Positions 24,490-36,779 of a stretch of 64,000 bases of DNA are shown piece by piece (position 1 is the first letter of the stretch; each line of letters begins with the position of its first letter). The stretch is from Camelus ferus. Lineage: Eukaryota. The notes under the pieces are model-generated. The model made no database searches and was not told where the DNA came from. It worked only from the letters and a program-made list of their open reading frames with translations. The position numbers and the translations under genes are program-made. Location of the stretch: NCBI RefSeq assembly GCF_009834535.1, contig NC_045702.1:23374001-23438000 (forward strand), written 5' to 3'.

Positions 24490-26130
24490 ACAAATCTTAT
24501 TAAGTACTTGACACATGCCAGGAGCTTTGATATATGGTGAGATGGAAGGAGAAGCTAAACCTGCATGATCCCTGACATCATGGATCTCATGGACTCGTCT
24601 GAGAAACAGACAGACATTAATCAAATAATTTCACAAACAACTGCAATTATACCACAGGTACAAGAAGGGTAGGTCCTTAGTGCTCCTGGTGCATATATTA
24701 AAACTTCACTTGAGAAGTACTGAATTGCGTTCAAAATGGGAAAAAAGCATAATAAGCCTTGAGCAGATGAAGGGAGATTTCAGCTGAGGGAATAGCATGT
24801 GCAAAGAAAGGCTCAGTAGTCAGAAGGGTATGTCAGGTCTGAGACCCTAACAGAAGGCAGAGTACTGGCTGTGCGAAAAGTGAGACTGGGAACTTTCAGA
24901 ATGAGTCTGAGTACGTTTAGGAGGGACTTTTCTATGTCAAATCTTATAGTATATATCAAGGAATTTGGTTCTTAGTAATACAAACTAGTTACAGCCAATG
25001 CCTTATTTTAAGCAGAAAATGGAAAGTGAGGAATTGGTGCAATCAGATGTGAGTTTTGAAAGGAGATCACTCAACTGTGAGAAGAAAAAATTAAAAAGAG
25101 CAGTGACTGGATATGGGGGGATTATTTCAGACTGCTACTAAGAAAAGATGTCTCTCTAACACAAAAACACAAAGATAGTGTTAAAGATCACTTATTGTCT
25201 GAATTCTGTAGTTGGGGGAAAATGGGAAAGGATCAAGTTTAACATGGCGAAGAATCATAAAACGTCTGCACATACTGATTTTAAGAGGCCTTAGTGAAGG
25301 CCAATGGGTGCTGCTCGACTAGGCAGTTAGATATATAGATCTGTGCTTAGAAATTCTAGGCTGAAGATATAAATCTGACTTAACTGCATATACGAGACAA
25401 TTTAAACCCACAATGCAGATGAACTTGCTTAAGTGTCAGAGAAGACCTAAGACTGGGATGTCATGACCTTTGGCACATAATGTCTGAGGAGATAAAGATG
25501 AAATCAGAAAGCAAAGCAAGAAGCAAATAGAGAGATAAAAATAAAATCAGAGAGTATCATAAAAGGCAAAGAAAGAGAGGATTTCAAAAGAGACTTGTTG
25601 GCCAAGAGAAATGAAAACATCTACCTAAACAAAAACTTGTATATAAACATTCTATAAGCAGCATCACAGCCAAAGACTGGAAACCTCCCAAATGCCCATC
25701 AGCTAGTAAATGGCTAAACATTATGGAAAACTACTCAGTTACAAAAACAACAAACTAATGAAATACGCAACAATATATATAAAAATCAAAAGCATAGCGC
25801 TAAATGGAAGAAGGCAATGACAAAACATGAAATTCAAGGAAAAGAGAAAGTAGTCATGAATAAACATTAATGCTTCTCTAGAGCTAGTGGTGAGAAGGGG
25901 ATGGGGGAAGTCTGACTGTAAAGGGCCAGAAGGGAACTTTTTGGAGTTACGGAAATATCTTATACCTTGATCATGGTGGAGATTAAATGAGGCAAATTGT
26001 GCCTCAATAAAGTTGGGCAGTCAAGGGAGTTGTAAGCCACTATTATATTAATAATAATATAATAAATCAAATGCTATTGAGAGGCCAGGTGTGATTGAAA
26101 TGGAAAAATATTACGTTAAACACTATGGAC
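24490..26130 (-). mobile_element. Long L2 fragment split by an L1 insertion
   Basis: ttattaagtacttgacacatgccaggagc, gggaatagcatgtgcaaag, ctaggcagttagatatatagatctg and aaatgctattgagaggccagg are antisense L2 hallmarks. Confidence 0.7.
25595..26035 (+). mobile_element. L1 (L1MC/MD-like) 3' end nested in L2
   Basis: gccaaagactggaaacctcccaaatgcccatcagctagtaaatggctaaac...gaagggaactttttggagttacggaaatatctt...cctcaataaagtt. Confidence 0.8.
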
Positions 26131-27554
26131 ACCAGGTTTTTATCAGAATGATTGTGCTAGAAGTTAAATCAGGGTGATTATTTTTAAAGACTGAGGTAAT
26201 TTGTAATAACTAAGAAGCAAAATCAGCAACATTTCTAAAACTTAAGACAATTTATTAGTTACTTCAGTATCTATCAACTATTTAACTCTTCATCCTTCAT
26301 CAGCTCCCAACAAATACATATAATGCTTTGTTATGATTAATATAAAAACTTTTTGCTTTGTTTTTGTTCCGCTTTCCTTTTGTTTTGTTTCCATCACAGA
26401 AACTGTCAACCATTTCCACACCGAGGATGGACATGGGAATGGCTACAATCCACTACTTTAAGATTGGAAGCGGGAGATTAGTGCTTTGGCAATTGCATCC
26501 ATGAGCCACTACTGTCATTTGACTTTTAATTTTTTTCCTACTTCTTCATATTGGTTGGAATTTTCAAGTAGCCTAAGGGCAATTTAGCACTGTCTGACTA
26601 AAAATTACGTAAGTTCATTTCTAACAAATACTTAAGATGAATTACCTCACACTAAGTGTTTGCTAATATTATCACCTGAAGAGCAAGAATAATCTGAACA
26701 ATATTACAGCTGTAATTTTATGTAGATGTCCTCAGGTACCTTGAAACTTCTAACAGATAGTTAAGATCAAAAATAGTTCAGTGTACAAATACACTTCAAA
26801 TCCATAAATGACTTTAATTCTTAAATATGTGCACATTTAAGAGTCCACATCAAAATATTTCAGATGATTTTGGAGCATCTGATATATTTTGCTCAAAAAT
26901 ACATCATTTCTCTCTAAATATAAAACATAAATATAAAAGATAAATTTATATAAAATATAAATTATAATATTCATTTTGGCAGTCAATTTTAGAAAGATGT
27001 TCTCTTCATCCCAAACCTATATCAATAAAGAAACCAGGGTATATAAAAAGCATGAAATATATACCATATTGCATGATGGATACATAATAATATATATTTT
27101 CCTATCCATTCCATAATCAAATTCTAGGTTTCTGATTTGGTGATTTAAGAATTTAAGTGGTAGTGTTAGCTCACAGTCTACCCACAAAACCAGAAAATCA
27201 AGTTTGAAGGCAATGCTCAACACCATGCAAAAAACTAACCCAGTGTAAAAATCAGAGCCTTGAGCCGTTCAAAACAGACACTGTGACTTGTATCCTAAGT
27301 GGGGCACTGCATTCTGTGAGAGATGCTGCCACTTTCTGGCAGAGCTACTATAAGCCATCAGCAAAACAAGTGCGTGTGATCCAGTCTTCCTCAGGTCATT
27401 AGACCTAGCTTCACGCAGAGCAGGTCTGTCTAACTAGTGGGGCACACTTTTAATGCTCAGGCTGTTATACAGCATACACGTCAATAAAAAAATAAATAAA
27501 TTTGTTTTAAAGGTGAAAATAATAATATAATAAAATACATTATCTCAATTAAAT

Positions 27555-27700
27555 TGAGCACAGCTTGGATGAGACAGATACCTATATATTTATCTGTGTT
27601 CTGTCTTCTCTACCATGTGGTTTCTGAAAACTATTTACCTCAATGAGCCTCAGTTTCTTCATCCATAAAGAAGTACTCATAATGGTAATAAAATAGTGAA
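27555..27700 (+). mobile_element. MIR
   Basis: ctatttacctcaatgagcctcagtttcttcatccataaag. Confidence 0.65.
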
Positions 27701-28439
27701 CATGTGTCTCTTAGTATAAAAAACAGAATTAAATAAAAACTAATTTAAAGTATAAGGTTCATAGAAGATGAGATATTACCCATGATCTGTGTCACAAACA
27801 TCTTTATATGTATTCTCTAACTTAGTATGCCACTTAATCCCTTGTACAATCTTGTGAGGTAATTCTGCGGCCTCTATGACACTGTTGTATTATATCTCAT
27901 TTCATCCACTTACTCAGTGTGTTTCAACAACATACAGACATGACACATAACTCTACAACATTTACATGAGGGATCACCATGTATGAACTCTATCATTTAA
28001 AATCCAATACATACAAGCTACAGTGAATCCTCAGTCATGACCAGCCATTTGATAAATTGCTCATCTATTTAAACTATTCTGCCCACTGATAAAACCACAC
28101 AAAATGCTTTTGTATCTGTACTGAAACATTTAACGGTCTAATGCTTTATCTCTGCTACACATACAGCATTTTATTATACTGTGTATCTTACTCAAGTTAT
28201 TTCATATATGTGAACATCCAAGTTTGTTATAAATCTCTTGTGGGCAAAGATGCTAAAAAGAAGTGCAGAGCAGAATGCCATATATATAAGCATAGAGAAA
28301 TAACTGGAATAAGGGAGAGGAGGCCTGAGACCCAGCTGTAGATCTATTATTTAGTTATTGCATGGCCCTCAATTAGTCCTGAAGCCTGTAGACTTGCTTG
28401 ATCTGCACACCAATGTCACTGTATTGAATATCTGATCAG

Positions 28440-28600
28440 CACTGAGGTTTCTGGGTGCCTTTAATCTTTCTGTGTCACAGTTAATTTATCTGTAATATGA
28501 GGAGAATGATATATTGAAGATCATAAATAATAAAATATAAATATTGAATGTAAGATGTCTAACATGGTGATTGGCATGTAAAAGATGCTCAAATGTGTTC
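28440..28600 (+). mobile_element. MIR
   Basis: ctttaatctttctgtgtcacagttaatttatctgtaatatgaggag...ggcatgtaaaagatgctcaaatg. Confidence 0.55.
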
Positions 28601-29859
28601 CTTTTATGTCTCTGCCTGTCCCTCTTTAATTTCCTACAATGTCTAGACACATTAAAAATAACTATCTTCTATTAATTTAGTCAACACTCTCACTTTCTTA
28701 CTGAAATGGTATTAAGGAATATTATTAAACTCTCAAAAGATTATGCATATATGTTAATGTATGTGTGTATATATATATTTTAATAATTGCCCTTACTGAT
28801 GATAAACAAACACAATTTCTTAGCCATATTTTACAAACACTGTTTGATATGCTCCACAATTCCAGAAGAAGGCAGTATCCATTTGTTTTTTTAAAAAAAT
28901 CTTACCCTTTGACAAAAGACTGACAAAACTTACATAATCGATTAATTTTCTGACCAGCCTTCATGATATCAAACATGATATATAATAAAGCCAAGCAGAA
29001 GTATGGACTGTTGTCGTGAAGAAGGGTATATGACCTGAGGACCACAAAAATAATACTCAGTGGAAGAATTATGCTACTTAATTGCACTGCAATGATATGA
29101 ATTATAAAGACAGTTTGTAGTCTTGGATATGGTGGGCGGATAAAAATCGTCTTTCTTCTCCATTGCTTAAGGTTGAATAAGATTGCAGATGTAGCTAGAG
29201 AAATGATGAAAGGAAAAATTAATGAACATAAATTAAAAATTCTTCTTATGTCTGTAGTGATAAAATCTCCGCACTCTCTAATGTGTTTCCCTTCCCAGCC
29301 CACCTAGAAGCATCTGCGTCCTGTAGTTTTGTCTGATGTGTCCCACCCACGCTGTCATACCCTCGCACATCCAACACCAGGGTTTGAGGAATGGCATTAT
29401 CTAACCCTTCTCCCATTGGCTGAGATAACAGAATTGAGTATGAGTTGGAGAGAGAGAGATGTCTGCAGCCGGTGGCACTATTTTATAATAGAACACAATA
29501 ACCATTTACAGAGTAGGTGTCCTTAGGAACTTCACACTGAAATCAATATGCCAGCTGTGAAATACAGCTCTGCTGCAGGCAAATTTTTTTTCAAGAAAAA
29601 AAAAAATCTTAATAGATTTAACAAAAATAGAAAGCATATGAGTGAATTTATCCCCAGAGATTGAGTGGTTCCTAGGAACAGAATGTAGCAAGCAAATCAC
29701 TAGCTGCCCACGATGCCATGCTTTAGGCAGGAGAGGAAGCATGCAGGGAGGCATTGCAAGATGGACCATCTCCTCTAGGGCATCTGGACTCAACAGTAAG
29801 AGACCCACGTGCTTGGATTTACCTCTGACTAAATTCTATCCACACCCACCTCTACCTGC

Positions 29860-29861
<2 letters not shown>

Positions 29862-29895
<34 letters not shown>
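29862..29895. repeat. Perfect (AC)17 microsatellite
   Basis: Directly visible. Confidence 0.95.
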
Positions 29896-29898
<3 letters not shown>

Positions 29899-30299
29899 CC
29901 ACAGTGTTAAGTGGCACTTCAGATTTTAAAGTATTTACCTAACATAGTCAGGCACTTTTACTGGCTTGCTTTGGATAAAGAAAACAGTTTGTGTTTATGT
30001 CCTCTGGGATGCTGACTGTGTGGATACAATTTCTCTGTGTAGATTCCATTAGGGAGGATGCTGCTTTACAGATTCACTTGGATGTACCAGAGAAATGGGA
30101 GGCATCGCACATCATTGAGAGAAGTAAACTAACGGCCCTCTCTCAGAATTTCTGACTCACGGTGTTGATAAATGTAAGCCACTAGGACTGGGAAAAGTTA
30201 TAAAAAGTTCTTAAAGAATTAACAACCAGGTGTCAGCATTTCAAAGTAGTGAAACATGGTGCCTCTCAAACTGAGTATTTTTTCTGAATAGATTCTGGG

Positions 30300-30450
30300 A
30301 TAATGATAATGATTATAACTAATAATTTTGGTCTCAAACTCTGTGACATACACTTTCCTAAGTTGTTACGTTTTTTTTAAATTAATTTAACCCTGTGAGA
30401 TAAATGCTATCATTAGTCCCTTTCTACAGTAGGAAATGGAGGTACGATGC
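30300..30450 (-). mobile_element. MIR
   Basis: aaccctgtgagataaatgctatcattagtccctttctacagtaggaaatggagg. Confidence 0.6.
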
Positions 30451-31659
30451 TTTCTAAAATGAAAGAGTAAAATGATTCTTCCTGTTCCACTGAGAAGACT
30501 TGAGGCTAAAAACACTGTATGAATGATGTAGAGACAGTGTGAATACAATAAGAGAAATATTAAAGTAGAGTAGGAATTGAAGTAAAATATTTAAAAATTC
30601 CTCCTAACCATAAACCTGAATATAAAAATAAAATGATGATTCCACAGTGGAAGATAAATACAAAGGATCATTATTGCCTTACACCCTCCTCTCAGAAAAA
30701 CAAAGAAATCAGATGAAACTATTTATGGATGAAGAGTTCTTTCAATATTTATTCCAAAATCCTGAGTTTAGAATTGTGGATATTAGAGTCTTCCACAGAG
30801 TATCACTTTATACATTCATGAATGAACTACTCAACTGGATGATTTTACTCCTGACCCACTGTAACAGCTCTTTTGTTTTAAGGCATATGCAGCTTCCATC
30901 CCACAACTATAACAATCAGTCGGAGGAAACAGCTTTCTAACTCTTTACCCATTTGTAACACATTGTAGGTTAATTTTCTTTGGCTTTCCTAATACATAAC
31001 AAAACAAGAACAAAAACAAGATCACAGAATAACTACTAGAAAAACACACAATTGATAAGAGTTTTATTTGATGCATGCACTCTCCAGTTTGCAAGAGGAA
31101 AATTCAGTATTCCCTAAGATTTCACATCTAGCAGTTTTATACATTCTTTTCTGCATCTACCTAGTGCTTAAATATTCCCATTGGTTAAGGACATTTTTAC
31201 TCCAACATAAAAGAAAGAGATGGTAGTGTGATTCAATGGAGGAAGAAGAGAGCAGGGTGGGGGAAGAATGGTGTCACTCTGTGTCTGGCACACAACACAG
31301 CTTGTCCTTGGCTAGCCAAGGAGGCTCTGTCCTCTGAAGAAGAATTACCAGCACAGCTGGTAGGAGGTGAATTCAGAACACCTGAGAAGGTCCTGTGACC
31401 TGACGTCTCATTCTGAAACCACCCAGAGCATACAGAAATGGGTGAACCTTTGCTCAGTGAAGTGGGTGCCCTGGCTGCCTTCCTGAGACACAGTATGCAC
31501 TCAATACTTACTTGATGCTGCCCAAGATCCTGTCCTGGACTGCAGTCTCCTACCCCATGGAAACACTGCTGAGTAGGGGATCATCAGAAAATCAGCAGAA
31601 ATTAATTTCTCCACATTTCTCAGGGCTTTTTCCTAAAGTTGCCTTAGGGCTTTGGTTTT

Positions 31660-31905
31660 GATCCTTGATAATACAGGTAGATGACAGATAAGAGACATAG
31701 ATAGACAGACCGATCGATCGATCAATCGATCCTTGATAAAAAATAATATATAAATACTTTAAGACTGAATGAGATTACAGATGTGCATGTGTACATATAT
31801 ACATATGCACATATACATATATAGAGAAAAATATGTTGATACATATCTACAATTACATATATATATATACACACACACACATATATACTTACATATATAT
31901 ATACA
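31660..31905. repeat. Compound GATA/GACA/GATC tetranucleotide array plus degenerate (TA/CA)n
   Basis: Directly visible. Confidence 0.9.
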
Positions 31906-31929
31906 GATTTAAGGATGACCATCTGGCCT

Positions 31930-32170
31930 ACTAGAATATGAGAGGCTTCATGGGAAACGGAGGGTGTCCTAGAGGACATTCAGCACCCATGTCAGAATTG
32001 TGAGAGAACTTTCAGCCCAGCCATTTTTCAACTGAACACATCACATGAGTACATCCAGGTGAAAACAGCAGAAATCTGCCCAGCTACGAAATCATGAGAA
32101 ATTTATAGTGTTGTTGCTGGGAATCACTAAATTGTGAGATAGTTTTTATGCAGCAATAGATAACTGAATC
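31930..32170 (+). mobile_element. MLT1 (G/H/I-like) LTR 3' part
   Basis: cagcagaaatctgcccagctacgaaatcatgagaaat...gtttttatgcagcaatagataactga. Confidence 0.7.
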
Positions 32171-33169
32171 ACAACTGAGAAATTAAGTTAGAAATAACTG
32201 AGAATCTTTTACTGGAAAAGATCTAAGTAAGGCTGAATATACAGCATCTTTGTCTGAAACATTTTTTAGCAATAATTGTCCCAAGTATTTTACATCTGTT
32301 ATTAAAACACTAGACTATGGAAATCTTATGACTACAAAATAAAAAACATTATCATAGAAATATAAATTTGTTTAAAAAATGCTTCGTATCTGAAGATTTG
32401 TGCTTTTATGATGTCTCTTGTTAGAAGTCATTCCATAGGTGATAGTACAACCAAAACTACAATCCTTATTAGCTTTGACAGCTAAATACCAATGCGTTCC
32501 TTTGGGATCTATTATACTTCCATTTAAAACCTACAAGGTGCTTATACTTAGATCTTAGTTGAACAGTGTTTTTTGGGGGGGGGGTTAGTGACTTTCTCTG
32601 AGTTTTGCTTGAAGTGATTCCTTACGAATTTTGTGTTTGTTTTGGTCTTTATAAATCTGAGAAAGATGAAAAAGAGAAACAGAGAAACAGAGACAGAGAT
32701 AGAGTGAGATGAATCACTCAAGGCTGGTTTCAAAACATCTGATCTTCTAACCTCCTGGAATAAAATTAGGAAAAAGAGTCATTCTTAGAAGAGAAATAAA
32801 GCTGAGGAAAGCCGAATACTCTACAGTTATCAGAACCAAGTAAGTTCTGTGCTCCTTTTCAGCTGTTCTGGCCTCGTAATCCTCAATAACACTATAGGTC
32901 TGGTGAGAGGCAAAGGGTCAAAAAAAGAGAGAACACATTCAGTCCAATTTAAAATATTCACATTATTGATGGCACTAAATACAGAAGATGTTCAAAATGC
33001 CTTTTACTATGTAATAAGGCTTTTGGCTGTTTTCTAAATCTGATAAATTTCATTAAGTTATCTTAGTTAAAAATTTCCACATGGTTTTTGTTTGTTTGTA
33101 TGTTTTCAAACTGATTGGAAAACTTCAACACTGATGGTTACAAAATCTTACAGACCATACTTCTTTACT

Positions 33170-33350
33170 ATATATGGAGTAACATTCGCTTATTTTGATG
33201 TGCAGTTGTAAGAATTCTCACAAGTGCATAAAGTCTTGTTATCTAGCGAAGATTAAAAAAAATTCCCTATGCTATTCCTCCATAGTCACCCCCCTCCTCT
33301 CGGCCCAGCAAACGGTGTTCTGTTCTCCATCCCTATAGTTTTGCCTCTAC
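33170..33350 (-). mobile_element. L1 3' end fragment
   Basis: gtgcagttgtaagaattctcacaagtgcat...ctgttctccatccctatagttttgcct. Confidence 0.55.
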
Positions 33351-33732
33351 AGAGGAGACCATGAATTTTAATTACCCAGCTTTTATCATGTAGAGATGAT
33401 CAGTCTTTACCGAGATAAAACAATATTTTTCACAAGTGCTGAACTGCCTTTGGAGGGAAAATTTTCCTTTGTAGCTCCACTAAGCTGTGATTTTTTTTAG
33501 GTTGAGGTTGAAAAAACTTTATCGGGAATTATTCTTTAAGGTAAAAGAATCCTCTAACTGTGGGATAAAAGATTTTGGGGGGCTGAAAGGAACCTGTAAA
33601 AGCTAAAGGAAATAAAGGCCAGAGAGTCGCTCATGCTTTAACACAGGTCATCTTTCAGCTTAGTATGAATTGTATCCTTCCTCATTTTAAGAACAAAAAG
33701 GAAAGACTAGAGGATACAGAATAGTAAGAGAA

Positions 33733-34120
33733 TGCCATTCTAAGTGAATAAGCCAGAAAGAGAAAGAAAAATACCATATGAGATCGCTCATACGTGGAAT
33801 CTAAAAAACAAAAACAAACAAACAAACAAAAACAAAGCGTAAATAAAGGACAGAAATAGACTCACAGACAGAGAATACAGGCTTGTGGTTACCAGGGGGG
33901 TGGAGGGTGGGAAGGGATAGACTGGGATTTCAAAATTGTAGAATAGGCTACACTGTATAGCACAGGGAAATATACACAAAATGTTATGATAACTCACAGA
34001 GAAAAAAATGTGACAATGAGTGTGTATATGTCCATGAATAACTGAAAAATTGTGAACACTGGAATTTGACACAACATTGTAAAATGATTATAAATCAATA
34101 AAAAATGTTAAAAAAAAAAA
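33733..34120 (+). mobile_element. Young camelid-type L1 3' end (5'-truncated) with poly(A) and a 15-bp TSD
   Basis: Perfect TSD AGAATAGTAAGAGAA at 33718-32 and 34121-35, AATAAA and A tail, and gggatagactgggatttcaaaattgtagaat 3' UTR. Confidence 0.92.
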
Positions 34121-34389
34121 AGAATAGTAAGAGAAAGCACAATAAAAATACACATGGACATTTACTATGTGTCCATTCACTGATGCAACAAGAATTTTGT
34201 GAAGCATTTACTATGATGGCAAGGATTTTTCTACTTGCTTGGAAGAAAGCAGTAAATTTAGAAAAACAAGATCTCTTCCCTCATGCAGTGAAGTTATATT
34301 CTGGTGGAAAAACAGAGATAATAAATAAGTAGGCAAATAATTTAAGAATAACTATAATTATTTTATATAGTTATGATCCTTTAAAAGCT

Positions 34390-34585
34390 TACATTACCAG
34401 TATTTGAGGACAATTAGTTTATCTGGAGATGAACCTAGGAACATCAGTAGGTGATTGGGGAAATGAATTAGGGAAGGCAGCCAATAAACAATGTTATGAA
34501 GGAGCTCAATGCCTCTTGGGAACTCTGGGAGAACATGTAGAATGGCCTTCAGATTTATTCTAATCTAAAGATAAAATTGCTAGTG
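34390..34585. mobile_element. Old ERVL-MaLR LTR fragment
   Basis: ggaacatcagtaggtgattggggaaatg...ggaaggcagccaataaa...ggagctcaatgcctcttgggaactctgggag. Confidence 0.5.
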
Positions 34586-34589
34586 TTTC

Positions 34590-35620
34590 TACCCATGTTT
34601 GCTTATTTCTCTTCACCTGTTTTACTCTTTGCTCTTCAGACTGAAGAATTTCTACTGTCTATCTTCCTATGCATTCACTATTTTTTCTGCCATCTTGAAT
34701 CTATCACTGAACCCATTTAGCAGATTTTTCATTTCAACTCTAAATTGTACTTTTCAAGTCCAGGATTTCCATTTTTCAATTTCTATTTGTTCTTTAAGTT
34801 TCCCTTTTCATTGAACCATTATAAACATATTTTTCTTTAATTTTTCAAACATAGTATCATTCAGTACTTTAAGCACATTTCTAACAATTGCTTTGATGCC
34901 CTTGTTGGCTCAATCCATTGTTTAGTTAACTTGAGATCAGTTTCTGCTATGTTTTTCCCCTTAGTATTAGCCATTTATTTTACATTATTTACCTATTTTA
35001 AATTTTAGTACTCAGCTAATGATTTGGGAAGATACTGTGCTCAAAAACCTCAAGTCATTTACGTGTGTGTGTGTGTCTGTGTTTGTCTATCTGTCTGTCT
35101 TGTCTGTCTGTTGAGGGGGTTCACGTAAACCCAACCAGTTTTCCACCTGCCTTGGTTTTAACTGTATATCAGGCTTTCTCAGTTCTCCCTGCACATGTGG
35201 AGATTCCTATCAGGCAGATTTGGATGGCTCATGCATAGACCTCTCATTTCTAAGCTTTCCACATTAAATTTTTGGCAGGTCTGCCACTTGCCCCAACTAC
35301 GACTATAACTTCTGGCTCAAAGATGTGTAAGTTCCTATTCTTATTTCCTATGAGTTAGTAAAATTTTACTGATAATGTTACCAGTGTGAGTTTTCAGTTT
35401 TATTGGTCCAAATAGAGTCCATCCCCTTTGGCAATGAGACTGATTTCCATGGCCAGGTCCACCTTGGTAACACCATCATTACTGCTGCCTGAGCTGGGCA
35501 CGGTTGATTAGAGGAGTACCAGGAAAGAATGCCCCAGACTTAGATACTCCTACCAAAATTGCTGGCAGTTTTTATAAATGCATGCCTCTCAACCTGCCAT
35601 TTCCGTAGAATACAGTATGG
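34590..35620 (-). mobile_element. Old L1 ORF1/5' region
   Basis: ttcagactgaagaatttctactgtctatcttcc...gaatctatcactgaacccatttagcagatttttcatttca is antisense ORF1-like. Confidence 0.55.
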
Positions 35621-36779
35621 CTGTTTTCAAAATATATTTTGTCCAATTTTATATTTTGTAACTTTCAAGAGAGGTTTTGCCAACTTCTTAATGTTACCAT
35701 AGATCAAAGTCTACCCCTGCCCCTCCTTAATTTCTTTACACCAGTACTGAAAAGACATGGTGCACAGACTAAAACAAATTTTTATCATGTTTCTACTAAA
35801 GCAAGTAACATAAATTTTCCATTTTCAAAATTCTTTTTGGGCTTTACAAACTATATTTACAAAAAACTGGTCAATATAAAGTGGTGAAAACCCAGCTCTG
35901 GGAAGAAAATGTTGATGCCTTTACAACTGCATCCACAGTATCTCAACGAAAAAAATTTTTTCTCAAGTTATGCAGAGAGGACACCTGTTGCAGCCACAGA
36001 TAACTTTTATTTATTCCAACTTACTCATTGGTAGCACAGAGTAAGAATAACTAAAGCAAAACAACAAACTGATGACAAACATTTATCCCCAGCTTTGTTT
36101 ATTTCTGATAAAGTTACCCATAACTTAGTATTCCTTAATTATATGTTCCAGTTTGAAGTTTCCTTTTTGCCCTGAGAATGCATACCTGTCAAATCCATTT
36201 CACATCTTTCCGAATTAATTATTTGCTATGTTAGATTTCTCTGAAAGCTTTTAGTTTGTAAGTTGTTCTCTGAAAATAAAATATGATTTTCATTATTCTA
36301 ATCCCTCATTTAAAGTCATCCTTGTTTACTGAGTCACAACTTTTACTCCTTGGGCCTTCTTGAATCCATTTGCTTTCAAACTGCAATTTATTTCTTTTAA
36401 ATTTATTAAGTTGCCTCCAATGGCAGAGCTTATGCAAAGCAAGTAATTACTAGCATATCTGAATTCAACAAAGATTATTTAGGAAAATTAAGAATCATCT
36501 GAGACTAAGAAAAGGGAGATGTAATTGGAAAGCAAAGCAATCTGGCAAGATGAATATCTTGAAGTATCCTGAGGCACACTAATTGAAATGGGATGTTCTC
36601 TTCATGGTACAGAGTGAACTAAGAAAACTAATAAATCTGTTATTTGTATATACACATGTATAATTACATATGTGTACATATATGTATATATGTATGTATT
36701 AACAAGACTTATCAAAGAATAATTGCAAAAATTTTGAAAAATAAAATATTGCCAAGTCCTCCTACATACTAAAACTTGG

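Noticed and set aside
4759-29194. Chain of minus-strand exon candidates (28934-29194, 23841-23912, 18731-18840, acceptor at 4973) as one protein-coding gene
   Set aside because: The first three joined in order create stops (T+AG; TGT GAA AAA TAA; AGC TAA), and no peptide is recognisable. A spliced lncRNA cannot be excluded.
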